In this document: one piece after another, positions 9,099 through 17,925 of the stretch
Position numbering within the stretch: the first letter of the stretch is position 1
Layout: the number at the start of each line of letters is the position of its first letter
From: an uncultured bacterium
GTDB taxonomy: Bacteria > Zixibacteria > MSB-5A5 > UBA10806 > 4484-95
DNA length: 64,000 nt
Direction of reading: 5' to 3'
NCBI GenBank assembly: GCA_965603725.1
Contig: CBFDEC010000003.1
Span: 37,515-101,514 of the forward strand
Notes under the pieces: generated by a model
Databases searched by the model: none
What the model saw: the letters and a program-made list of their open reading frames with translations, nothing else
Told to the model about the DNA's origin: nothing
Made by a program: the position numbers and the translations under genes

Positions 9099-10522
9099 TA
9101 TTTATTTACGGACCTCAAAAGGAGTTTAGTGAAGGGCTGGTAGAGGCTTTAAATAAAAAGTCTTTTAAATTCCGGGTATTTGATGACAAGCAGTCGCTTG
9201 GTTCAGCAATAAAAAAGGAAATCCCCCTCGTAATATTTTATGATTTAAGGTTTGATAGAGAAATTCCTCGCTTGCTGGAAAAAATCTATCTTGAAAACCC
9301 GGAAATAATTCTTCTGGGTACTGCCGAAATGCATCTGGAAATATTTGAGCAGTATATCGATCAGATTTTTTTGCCTCATGTCGGTTTTGGACAGATCGTT
9401 AACGGTATTGATGATCACATTAACGACCGAAAGCTGCTTGATTCGTGCGGTTTCGTTGGCCGGTCTGTTGAACTTATCGGCGTGGCCCGGATGATCGAGC
9501 AGGTTGCGCCTACCGATATTACCGTCCTGGTTACCGGACCTTCCGGGGCGGGAAAGGAAATGGTAGCAAAAGCTATCCATTTAAAATCCGGCAAGGTTGG
9601 TGAAATATTCTTAAGTTTGAATATAGGCTCGCTGGCGCCAGGGATTTTGGAATCGGAATTGTTTGGTCATGAAAAGGGATCGTTTACAGGAGCGGTCAGC
9701 CGGCGGATCGGTCATTTCGAACAGGCATCCAAGGGCACGTTGTTCCTTGATGAAATCGGTGAACTGCCGCCGGACATACAGGTCAAACTGTTGCGGGTCT
9801 TAGAAGAAAAAAGCTTCTATCGCGTCGGCGGCGAGGAGAAAATATCCACTAACGCCCGATTAATTTTCGCCACCAATAAAAACCTGGGAGATGAAGTAGC
9901 CGCCGGCAGGTTCAGACAGGATTTATATTACAGGCTGAACGTTGTGAATATTACAGTATTGCCCTTAATAGCCCGGCCTAAAGATATCCCATTGCTGGTT
10001 AAAGAGTTTATTAAAAAATCACGCTATGGAGATTATACCAGGGGGAGTCCCGTTGAGCCCGGAGCTATGAAGCTGTTTATGAAATATCACTGGCCGGGTA
10101 ATGTCAGAGAATTAAGAAATGTCGTCGAATCACTTCTGATTCTGTCAAAAAGAGGAGTGATAACTCAAACGGCATTTGAAAAATATCTTCAGGAAAAATC
10201 TCTTCATGATACAAAGCTGCCTGTCCCGACAGGCCGCACACCGGAAAGCGCCGAGCGCCAGTTGATCCTGCAGGCGCTGCTGTCAATGAAAGAGGAAATC
10301 AACGCTCTACGCAGAACGATTGTTGAGAGCACTCAATCGCCCTTAACCGAAAACAAAAGGCTCCCCGAACAAGAACCGAGTTCAAGTATCGAAGAACAGG
10401 AAAAGAAACTCATTGCCGAAACCCTTGAGGAGGTTAATGGCAATCGAAGAAAAGCTGCGGCGTTACTGGGTATAGGCGAGAGGACGTTATATCGGAAACT
10501 GGTAAAATACGGCCTGAAGTAA
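9095..10522 (+). CDS. sigma-54-dependent transcriptional activator (NtrC-family bEBP) with a degenerate receiver domain
   Basis: The AAA+ core has Walker A GPSGAGKE, the GAFTGA-loop variant GSFTGA and Walker B LFLDEIGEL. The C-terminus has a Fis-type HTH (AAALLGIGERTLYRKL). The N-terminal receiver-like fold lacks the acidic DD pair. An ATGA overlap joins it to the rnr stop. Confidence 0.85.
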   Translation: MIFIYGPQKEFSEGLVEALNKKSFKFRVFDDKQSLGSAIKKEIPLVIFYDLRFDREIPRLLEKIYLENPEIILLGTAEMHLEIFEQYIDQIFLPHVGFGQIVNGIDDHINDRKLLDSCGFVGRSVELIGVARMIEQVAPTDITVLVTGPSGAGKEMVAKAIHLKSGKVGEIFLSLNIGSLAPGILESELFGHEKGSFTGAVSRRIGHFEQASKGTLFLDEIGELPPDIQVKLLRVLEEKSFYRVGGEEKISTNARLIFATNKNLGDEVAAGRFRQDLYYRLNVVNITVLPLIARPKDIPLLVKEFIKKSRYGDYTRGSPVEPGAMKLFMKYHWPGNVRELRNVVESLLILSKRGVITQTAFEKYLQEKSLHDTKLPVPTGRTPESAERQLILQALLSMKEEINALRRTIVESTQSPLTENKRLPEQEPSSSIEEQEKKLIAETLEEVNGNRRKAAALLGIGERTLYRKLVKYGLK

Positions 10523-10584
10523 TTTATCTTACAGTTTCATTACTGGTTATTATTATCCTGGCGCCGGTTTGTCCGGCATCATGG

Positions 10585-12018
10585 GTGTTTGATACAGAAT
10601 GCCTCGATGATATATATCAAGCATATTGCGAGGGTGAAATTGATGACGAAGTTTTTTCGGCGCTGACCGGTTCCTATAACACAGGCGGTTTAGCGCTGAA
10701 CGATTTGGAAGCGATCGGAGCTTTCGAACGAGACGATTTACCGACAGATTCTGTCAAAACAAATATTAACCAATTCTGGCTGAACTTTGTGTCTCCGCAA
10801 AAAGGCAAACTCGGGTTACGGAGATACAGTAAGAACCTCGATAATGCCGTTAACTACTATTATTTAAACTGGCAAATTCAGCCTGTTCGACTTGCCATTG
10901 AAGCCGAAGATAATAATAGCGATTATTACTCAAGAAGACGCTGGCTGTCCATGTCATCCGAACCCCTTGATATTGTGCTGGGTAATTTCAGAGCCGCCGA
11001 AAGTTACGGTTTAACCATTGGACGGTTTGATTACCGCCCCAGCGCCGGGATAACCGATAATATTGAATCTGATTTTTTGTATCCCTACAACAATTATTAT
11101 AATGGTATAAAAATAAGCGCCCGGGGCAGAGGCTTCAAAGGAAGGTTTTATTATTCAAAGAAAAAATATATATCTGCCTGAAAGACTTTTATTGGTTCGG
11201 GAATTGATTTCACTGATGGCTTTATAACAGTGGGAATAGCTGCTGGCCATAACAAATTCATAAACGAGTCTGTCTGTGATAACCGTCTGGCTGTTGGCAT
11301 TAACCTTAATATTAAAACCAGTGATTTTAACCTGTCGAGCGAGTATGCGAATATTGAAAAATCCAATGGATTATTTCTAAATGGAGAACGGTATATAAAT
11401 GACATGACTCTAAGAACAGAATTCTGGCGCTATGGCAAAAATTTCAACAATTACAACTGTTCGGGTCCCTCTTATTCAGATTATAATTCATTCTACCCGG
11501 AAGAGCAGCAGCTGGGATTTCGCAGCGCTCAGGCTGACGAGACCGGTTTAGCTGTAAAATATATTAAAAACGATCTATCGTTCGGGTTAATGTTCTGGAG
11601 TCATTCTCATGATGAAAAGATTAATTCATCATATAATTTCAGACTTTTAAAACCAGCGTTTGGTCGGTTTGATCTTTTCTTCTTAAGTTCAGCGAAATCT
11701 CGTCAGGAGGATGGCTATTTCTGGTCGAAAACCGGCTTGATGATAAAAGATGATTCCTTATTGAAGCGGGCCGGTTTAAAATTTTATCTCGAAGACAGGT
11801 CTGGTTTAACTAACAACAAAAGTTATATATTTTTGAGTTTCTCACATAATCTCAAAGAAAATTTAACCGTATTTTTAAAAATCAGAAGCTATTTTAATGG
11901 TCGGGTCAGGTGGTATTTTGGCGAGGAACTCATATCGGATAGCGGCATAAATATTATTGCTGAAACCACATATTATGATGGCGTCAGAATAAATCTAAAG
12001 ATTGAGAAATTACTATGA
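10585..12018 (+). CDS. hypothetical exported or outer-membrane protein; one reading frame interrupted by an in-frame TGA at 11179-11181
   Basis: Track ORFs 10585-11181 and 11230-12018 are in the same frame, and the 16 codons between them are open. The sequence is rich in Y/N/S/G with alternating beta-strand-like segments. The true start is probably upstream of 10585. Confidence 0.5.
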
Positions 12019-12875
12019 GGATGTTGGTTGTAATCACTGTATTGATTTTTATATCGGGTCAGCCGCTTAATAGTGAAATTGTTTTAAGCGAGATATTATC
12101 GAATGAGCCTTCCAACCGGGTACTCTTAGAATGGCTGGAGGTTTATAACAACGGTTCTGAGCAGATCGATATGTTTAATTATAAATTGGTGGAGAACGAA
12201 GACACCCTGACATTCCCGGAAGGGTCGTTGATCTCGTCTTATTCTTATGCTGTTTTATGCCGCCGTCTTGAGCCTTTAAACGGCAGTGATTGTTTTGAGT
12301 ATCACTGGGGTGATTCATCAGGCGTCTGGGGCGATGCAGTAGGCGAGGATTATGTTGTATATAAAGTGGGCATATCATTGCTAAACAGCGGCGGCGGAAT
12401 CCTCCTGCTGACCGATGATAGCCAGGTTGTCGATCAGTATACATGGAATCAGCCTTCCGATGACGGCCGAAGCGCTGAACGTGATGACGTCACAGATCCG
12501 TTGTCATCGTGGCATGCCTGCTATGATCCGACAGGGTCGACGCCCGGTAAAGAAAACTCGAGAAAACCTGCCGATAATCAGAATTACATCTTTGAGGTCA
12601 ACCCACAATTGCGAAGCTTGTCCGGAGCCGACCGGATTATTACTATTTCATACTCCGCTCCCACAGGCGGCAGAATTAGCCTCATAGTATATGATGACAC
12701 TGCCCGTAGACGGGCAACTATACTGGAAGATACTGACTTGTCGTTTAATGTGATAACCTGGAATTTAGTTGGCGATGGCAATCGACTGCTTTCACCCGGT
12801 TTATATTTTATTTCGTTTAAAGCTGAGGGGACTAATAATGTGCAAAAATATATTCCGGTGGTAATCGCCCCATGA
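12015..12875 (+). CDS. secreted lamin-tail-domain (LTD) protein with a C-terminal Ig-like/FlgD-like module
   Basis: A signal peptide is followed by ISEILSNEP...LLEWLEVYNNGSEQIDMFNYKL, typical of bacterial LTD domains. The C-terminal GLYFISFKAEG strand pattern resembles FlgD-Ig or CTD folds. An ATGA overlap joins it to the upstream gene. Confidence 0.6.
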   Translation: MRMLVVITVLIFISGQPLNSEIVLSEILSNEPSNRVLLEWLEVYNNGSEQIDMFNYKLVENEDTLTFPEGSLISSYSYAVLCRRLEPLNGSDCFEYHWGDSSGVWGDAVGEDYVVYKVGISLLNSGGGILLLTDDSQVVDQYTWNQPSDDGRSAERDDVTDPLSSWHACYDPTGSTPGKENSRKPADNQNYIFEVNPQLRSLSGADRIITISYSAPTGGRISLIVYDDTARRRATILEDTDLSFNVITWNLVGDGNRLLSPGLYFISFKAEGTNNVQKYIPVVIAP

Positions 12876-13639
12876 AAAGGTCGCTGGTTCTCATGCTGTT
12901 TATTATCTCACCCTTGTTTGGTCTTGAAGGGCCCGATTATATGCTGATAGGTGATTTGCACGTTCCTAACCACAGATATTTTAATTTATCATGCCTGCCC
13001 CATAAGAATTCCGGAGTGGATGCTATTTTCAGAAATGCTTCTTTATATGGAATCAATTCTCTAAACTGGAATTATGCGGGGGCCCGAGTATATTCAGAAA
13101 CAGGGGCTTTCATTGCATCTTTCCGAAGCTATGGCATAAAGAATCTTTATTCTTCAACAATGTTTTCTTTGCTATTCCAAAAAGTATTATTTCGACAAGC
13201 ATCATTCGGATTTGGTTATTCCAGAAAAGAATATAATTATGGAGAAAACCTATATAAAACCTCATCCGATATTTTTTCATTTAGCGCCGGCGCCAGTTAT
13301 AAAAACTATAGTCTGAATATAGCGCTCGATAATCTTGCTTTTAAAAAGCGGGAATATAATAATAATCCCGAACTGGTTATGGCTGTGAATTGGCAGGCCA
13401 ATACAATATTGAATATTTACAGTTCTTTTTATGACGATAGCCATAATAAAAGCAGGTTTGCAATCGGACAGGACCTTGTTTTACATAAATCGTATATACT
13501 CAAAGCCGGGCTTTTAAGTGGTCCGGAGGTCTATTTCATCGGCTTCGAAATAGTTTACAAACATATCGTTTTTGGTTATACTTATTACGACATCGGAGGC
13601 TTGCCCGATTGTTCGAGGCTGACTTTATCGTACAGGTGA
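12872..13639 (+). CDS. hypothetical outer-membrane beta-barrel-like protein
   Basis: It has a signal peptide (MKRSLVLMLFIISPLFG) and alternating aromatic/polar strands throughout. An ATGA overlap joins it to the LTD gene. Confidence 0.4.
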   Translation: MKRSLVLMLFIISPLFGLEGPDYMLIGDLHVPNHRYFNLSCLPHKNSGVDAIFRNASLYGINSLNWNYAGARVYSETGAFIASFRSYGIKNLYSSTMFSLLFQKVLFRQASFGFGYSRKEYNYGENLYKTSSDIFSFSAGASYKNYSLNIALDNLAFKKREYNNNPELVMAVNWQANTILNIYSSFYDDSHNKSRFAIGQDLVLHKSYILKAGLLSGPEVYFIGFEIVYKHIVFGYTYYDIGGLPDCSRLTLSYR

Positions 13640-13643
13640 AATT

Positions 13644-14801
13644 ATGTCATTAATCGATGATATTCAAAAACAGGAAGAGCAAACTCTAGCTCCCTGCGCA
13701 ATGAAATCCAGCAGCTCTCGTGGGCGACATTACAAGGAACCGGGACATAAATACCGAACGGAATTTCAGCGCGATAGAGAACGAATAATTCACTCCACAT
13801 CTTTTCGTCGGTTGGAATACAAAACGCAGGTGTTTGTCAATCACGAGGGCGACCATTACCGTACCCGTTTGACGCATACTATCGAGGTTGCCCAGATTGC
13901 CCGTGCTATCGCCAGGGCGCTCAAATTAAACGAGGATCTTACAGAGGGGATTGCCCTGGCTCATGATCTGGGGCATACGCCGTTTGGCCATTCCGGTGAG
14001 GCCGCTCTTAACAGGCTCATGAAAAATCACAATGGCTTTGAACATAACCGTCAAAGTCTACGGGTTGTAGAACATCTCGAACGACGCTATCCGGATTTTC
14101 CCGGATTAAACCTCACATTCGAACTTCGAGAGGGGATTTTGAAACATGAAACGATTTATGATAATCCGGCTTATCCCGCCGAACTGTTTCCCTCGGAAAA
14201 GGGAACTTTAGAATGCCAGGCAGTTAATATTGCCGATGAAATCACCTATAGCTGTCATGATGTTGATGACGGCTTAAATGCCGGTCTGTTTAAGGTTGAA
14301 GACCTGCTGGAACTGGAACTATGGAAAAAACTTCACAACATACTTAGAAAGCGTTATCCCGATATTTTGAAAACATCATTATACCGTTACCAGATGGTCA
14401 AGCTATTGGTTAATGAAATGGTTACCGATGCAGTCGGCGCCAGCATAGAGGCTATTGAAAAATATAAGCCGGTAAACCCGGATGATGTAAGAAAGCTGCC
14501 GGTCAATCTTGTTTGCCGATCTGAAGAGGCGCTTGATTTGGAATCTGGACTAAAACAATTTTTGCATGATAATATGTATCGTCATTATCGGTTAATCAGG
14601 ATGGCCGAAAAAGCCGAAAGGATAATAACCACTCTTTTTGAGGCTTATATCGGCAACCCCGACCAGTTGCCCCCGGGCTTTAAAAGCCGGGTAAAGGATG
14701 AGGGCGCTCATATGGTTATTGCCGATTATATAGCCGGTATGACAGACCGTTTTGCCGGCCAGGAATTTAAAAAGCTGACTGATCCATTTGAATTGATGTA
14801 A
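13644..14801 (+). CDS. dgt: deoxyguanosinetriphosphate triphosphohydrolase-like HD-domain protein
   Basis: The HD-domain motifs RLTHTIEVAQIAR and LAHDLGHTPFGH are present. The length and C-terminal DYIAGMTDRFA are typical of the dGTPase-like family. Confidence 0.85.
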   Translation: MSLIDDIQKQEEQTLAPCAMKSSSSRGRHYKEPGHKYRTEFQRDRERIIHSTSFRRLEYKTQVFVNHEGDHYRTRLTHTIEVAQIARAIARALKLNEDLTEGIALAHDLGHTPFGHSGEAALNRLMKNHNGFEHNRQSLRVVEHLERRYPDFPGLNLTFELREGILKHETIYDNPAYPAELFPSEKGTLECQAVNIADEITYSCHDVDDGLNAGLFKVEDLLELELWKKLHNILRKRYPDILKTSLYRYQMVKLLVNEMVTDAVGASIEAIEKYKPVNPDDVRKLPVNLVCRSEEALDLESGLKQFLHDNMYRHYRLIRMAEKAERIITTLFEAYIGNPDQLPPGFKSRVKDEGAHMVIADYIAGMTDRFAGQEFKKLTDPFELM

Positions 14802-14811
14802 ACGAGTAAAA

Positions 14812-15870
14812 ATGCCGCTTACAGCCTATTTATATTCACAGAAGATTTCCGCGCCCTTTTTAACCGATAATGAATGGAACCATGTAAAAAAATCGCTGAA
14901 ACAAAACCCCGAATATCTCCATTTCAAATGCTGTAACAGCCCTGTTTATGCCCGGGTAAGCAAAAAGGGATTAAGACATTTTGTTCATAAAAATACCGAT
15001 TCCTGTAATTATATTCATGAAAGCGAAGACCATCTTTTGCTGAAATTGGAGGTTTATAAAGCCTGCCAGGATAATGGATGGGATGCTGAGATTGAATTTG
15101 CGGGAGATAACTTCAGGGCTGACGTGTTAGCGTCCAATGGTAAACATAAGGTGGTTTTTGAAATTCAACTGACTCGTCAGGATTTCCAAACTACCGTTGA
15201 CCGTCAAAGAGCCTTCGAGGAAGCAGACATTAGATGTGCCTGGTTTTTTAAGCGCATTCCCAAGGATTATCGTCCCGACAAATTCTTGCCGGCTTTTGAA
15301 CTTGTCACAGAAAACAATAAACTGATAGCTCCATATAAATGTAATATTTCAGGGGAAATGATGCCGGTAAGGGAATGTGTGCAGTTGCTTCTTGACAGCA
15401 AAATCAGGTTTCGTGAAAAATTGACATTGAGAAAAAAACAGAAGGTTCGATTTTATCTCTTTGAAGAAGAATGCTGGAAATGTGGGTCTAAATTCAAAGC
15501 CATAGGCTTATGGTCTATTCTTAAAAGCAAATGCAACTTGAGAATTGACAATAATAATTTTGATATTGATGATCTTGCAATCGAAATTAAAAACTATACA
15601 GAGGAAATAAAAAGTATAGAACCGGATATAGCGGTTTATGTGAAAAGATTTAATAAAAAGATAAATAAATTTGAATGGGTAAACAGATGCCCTGAATGTA
15701 AAGCTGTTTACAGCTATGATATCCTTAGATCTAAAGTTATGAAATCTGTTTCTGAGGATGATGTCCCAAAAGAAGAAATAAGTTATTGCACTAATAATAA
15801 TGATGATTCCAGTTCACAAAAACGCCCGCACTGGTGCATAAAAGGCCCGGAAGGGTTTTGCGATAATTAA
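14812..15870 (+). CDS. CoiA-like competence nuclease-family protein with a C-terminal Cys-rich (zinc-ribbon-like) extension
   Basis: The N-terminal half matches the CoiA pattern: CCNSPV...GLRHFVH...ESEDHLLLK...FRADVLA...VVFEIQLTRQD...CAWFF. The AT-rich C-terminal half carries CWKCGSKF and CPECKAVY pairs. Confidence 0.55.
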   Translation: MPLTAYLYSQKISAPFLTDNEWNHVKKSLKQNPEYLHFKCCNSPVYARVSKKGLRHFVHKNTDSCNYIHESEDHLLLKLEVYKACQDNGWDAEIEFAGDNFRADVLASNGKHKVVFEIQLTRQDFQTTVDRQRAFEEADIRCAWFFKRIPKDYRPDKFLPAFELVTENNKLIAPYKCNISGEMMPVRECVQLLLDSKIRFREKLTLRKKQKVRFYLFEEECWKCGSKFKAIGLWSILKSKCNLRIDNNNFDIDDLAIEIKNYTEEIKSIEPDIAVYVKRFNKKINKFEWVNRCPECKAVYSYDILRSKVMKSVSEDDVPKEEISYCTNNNDDSSSQKRPHWCIKGPEGFCDN

Positions 15871-16003
15871 CCGGGATATTGTGTGCAAATATTTAATTGG
15901 TCTTTGAAATAAATTATTGAAAAAATAAACTTATCAGTTGCTATCGGCGTAATATTGTTTTATAAAAGCTTTGTTAAATAATTAGTTCTAAAAGAATTTT
16001 CAA

Positions 16004-17074
16004 ATGGAAGAAACTTACGGACATAGACAGGCTGAACAATTTTGTCGGGAAATTCTCCCCCGTGTTTCCAGGACATTCGACCTGGCCATTAGATTTTTGC
16101 CAAAAAGACTTGGTCAACCGGTAGGGCTGGCTTACCTGTTATGCAGGATTGCGGACACTTATGAGGATTCAGCCATCTTAGGCTCTCTGCAGAGAAAAGA
16201 GATGCTTTTTAAATACGCTTCGTTGCTGGAAAATTACCCCGCTTACGATAATAGGCTGTTAAACGAACTGGAAACTGCTTTTACCGACCGATTTATCGCT
16301 GGTGATTCCGAATCTGATTATATTGACGATTTGCCAAGCGTGAAGCTGGTCGAAAATATCAGCCGGGTTTTGAGAGCGGTCGATATGTTGCCGCCGAGTT
16401 TCAGATGTCACATTTTCCCGAGGGTCAGGGAGATGGCTCTTGGGATGGCAGAATATACTACACTGGCCGGCGGCGGACAGTCGGATATCTGCTTTATAAA
16501 AGATGAGGACGATTGGGATAAATATTGCTATTATGTCGCCGGCACTGTGGGGCACATGCTCACCGATCTATTTTCAGATTATGCCGGTTTTTCTGACACG
16601 ACCAGGCAAAGGCTGCATCCATTGGGACGGTCTTTCGGTCTGGGTTTACAGAAAGTCAATGTATTAAAGGATGCTGTAATCGATACAAGAAGAGGCATCT
16701 GTTTTTTACCTCAGACATTTGTTGAACGTTTTGGTGTTTCCTTCACCAGGCTGTCGGAGGCTGATTTCAAAGGCGATATTACCGGTCTTGTCGCAACGGT
16801 TGTCAATACCTGCCACCGTCATTTCCAGGATTCTCTTGATTACATAAAAATAATTCCTCATAAACATCTAGGTCTCAGGATGTTTCTTATTGTGCCGGTG
16901 ATGCTGGCCGCGGGTACTCTTCGTTTGTTTACCGATTACCCGCAACGCCTTCTCGAAAAAGGCGACTTGAAGCTTGCCCGGACTGATGTCTGGCGGCTTG
17001 TCCGACGATCGTCCTACTGCCGGTTCTCCAACCGTCTGCTTGCCTATTCGTTCGGGAAATTATATCCAGCATAA
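16004..17074 (+). CDS. squalene synthase (farnesyl-diphosphate farnesyltransferase, SQS type)
   Basis: SRTFDLAIRFL, YLLCRIADTYED (first Asp-rich motif), YCYYVAGTVGHMLTDLF and LQKVNVLKDAVIDTRRG (second motif) all match the SQS/phytoene synthase superfamily. The closest match is to single-enzyme SQS. Confidence 0.8.
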   Translation: MEETYGHRQAEQFCREILPRVSRTFDLAIRFLPKRLGQPVGLAYLLCRIADTYEDSAILGSLQRKEMLFKYASLLENYPAYDNRLLNELETAFTDRFIAGDSESDYIDDLPSVKLVENISRVLRAVDMLPPSFRCHIFPRVREMALGMAEYTTLAGGGQSDICFIKDEDDWDKYCYYVAGTVGHMLTDLFSDYAGFSDTTRQRLHPLGRSFGLGLQKVNVLKDAVIDTRRGICFLPQTFVERFGVSFTRLSEADFKGDITGLVATVVNTCHRHFQDSLDYIKIIPHKHLGLRMFLIVPVMLAAGTLRLFTDYPQRLLEKGDLKLARTDVWRLVRRSSYCRFSNRLLAYSFGKLYPA

Positions 17075-17476
17075 GTCTTATCAATTTTCGCTTCTTTGCA
17101 ATTTTTTTTGATTAAAGGAACCTTCCCCCAAAACCAGCTTAGATTGATTTGACTTAAACCGTTTGAATTAATAACAACTTTTTTCAACAAAAAATATTTA
17201 TTAAAATTGTCACGTCCCTGCCCGATGTGTGAAATTATTTGCGCAGGGTGGCTTTGTAATGTTTTAAAAGAATATATTTAAAGAATAATCAACATCTTTA
17301 TTATTAGATTTAAGACCTTGACTCCACCTTCTAACATTAAGAAATACAACAAGATATAAACATATTGGTTGACTTACTTATTAGCCGGCCGATGTCAATT
17401 TCCAGATCCGGTTAAGGGCATGGCTTTTGCTCAAATGATCAATAATAAAGGAAAAGGCCGATAAGGAGACGATACA

Positions 17477-17854
17477 ATGAAATGCTACTACAAGGGTATT
17501 ACCAGACCTGATGAAGAAGACAGACAGTTTAACGGTTTTGTCAGTTTTACTATCCCGGAGTTGGGCATTAAGTTTCGTGGCCAATTCAAAGGGGCATATG
17601 ATGAAACGGAGTATGCCAGCCTATTAGCATTGCTTGAATTTATTGAACTGAATTCCCATCTTTTTAAGGATCGAAGGTTGGAAATATTCGGTAATAACTT
17701 TCAGGTGATAAGCCAGGTCAATTCCGAAGTGTCTCCCTCCAGTGAACTGGAGCCATTCTGCAATTTAGCTCAGGACTATAAAAAGAAAATTCCCTACATT
17801 CTCAATTGGATTCCAACTGATGAAAATATGGCTCAGGATGGAATGATTAATTAA
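17477..17854 (+). CDS. stand-alone RNase H-like (RVT_3-type) domain protein, catalytically degenerate
   Basis: An AAGGAGA Shine-Dalgarno precedes the ATG. ETEYASLLALLEFIE...RRLEIFGNNFQVISQVN...NWIPTDENMAQD aligns with the TNNxAEYxAL...GDSQLVV...IPRxxNxxAD pattern. The first Asp and the DS Asp are replaced. Confidence 0.5.
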   Translation: MKCYYKGITRPDEEDRQFNGFVSFTIPELGIKFRGQFKGAYDETEYASLLALLEFIELNSHLFKDRRLEIFGNNFQVISQVNSEVSPSSELEPFCNLAQDYKKKIPYILNWIPTDENMAQDGMIN

Positions 17855-17908
17855 TTTAATATTTTTCATAAAAGTAGATGCCTATCGGCAATTATGGCCC
17901 ATATTTTG

Positions 17909-17925
17909 TCAGGAGTTTCCCCGAA
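17909..17925 (-). repeat. copy 1 of the TTCGGGGAAACTCCTGA motif (read on the - strand)
   Basis: The + strand reads TCAGGAGTTTCCCCGAA, identical to the copy at 42575-42591. Confidence 0.8.

Noticed and set aside
10558-10575. Sigma-54 promoter-like string CTGGCGCCGGTTTGTCC, located between the sigma-54 activator gene and the downstream operon
   Set aside because: The -12 element reads TGT rather than TTGC, and the GG-to-G spacing is one nucleotide short of the strict GG-N10-GC rule. The string also lies inside the probable signal-peptide coding extension. Other TGGCA-containing sites (39086, 43339, 62466) also fail the spacing or -12 test.
11208-11235. Hairpin downstream of the in-frame TGA, considered as a SECIS element
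   Set aside because: It has only 8 bp including two G-U pairs and a 12-nt loop, and I can recognise no conserved SECIS features. There is no redox-type sequence context. It is kept as an item to test, not as a called feature.
13644-14801. The dGTPase-like gene as a stand-alone anti-phage dNTP-depletion defence gene
   Set aside because: Its size (385 aa), motifs and location in a conserved-looking core region match the widespread housekeeping dGTPase-like type 2 proteins. No other defence genes flank it apart from the uncharacterised CoiA-like gene. Only the gene pairing is flagged for a co-occurrence check.
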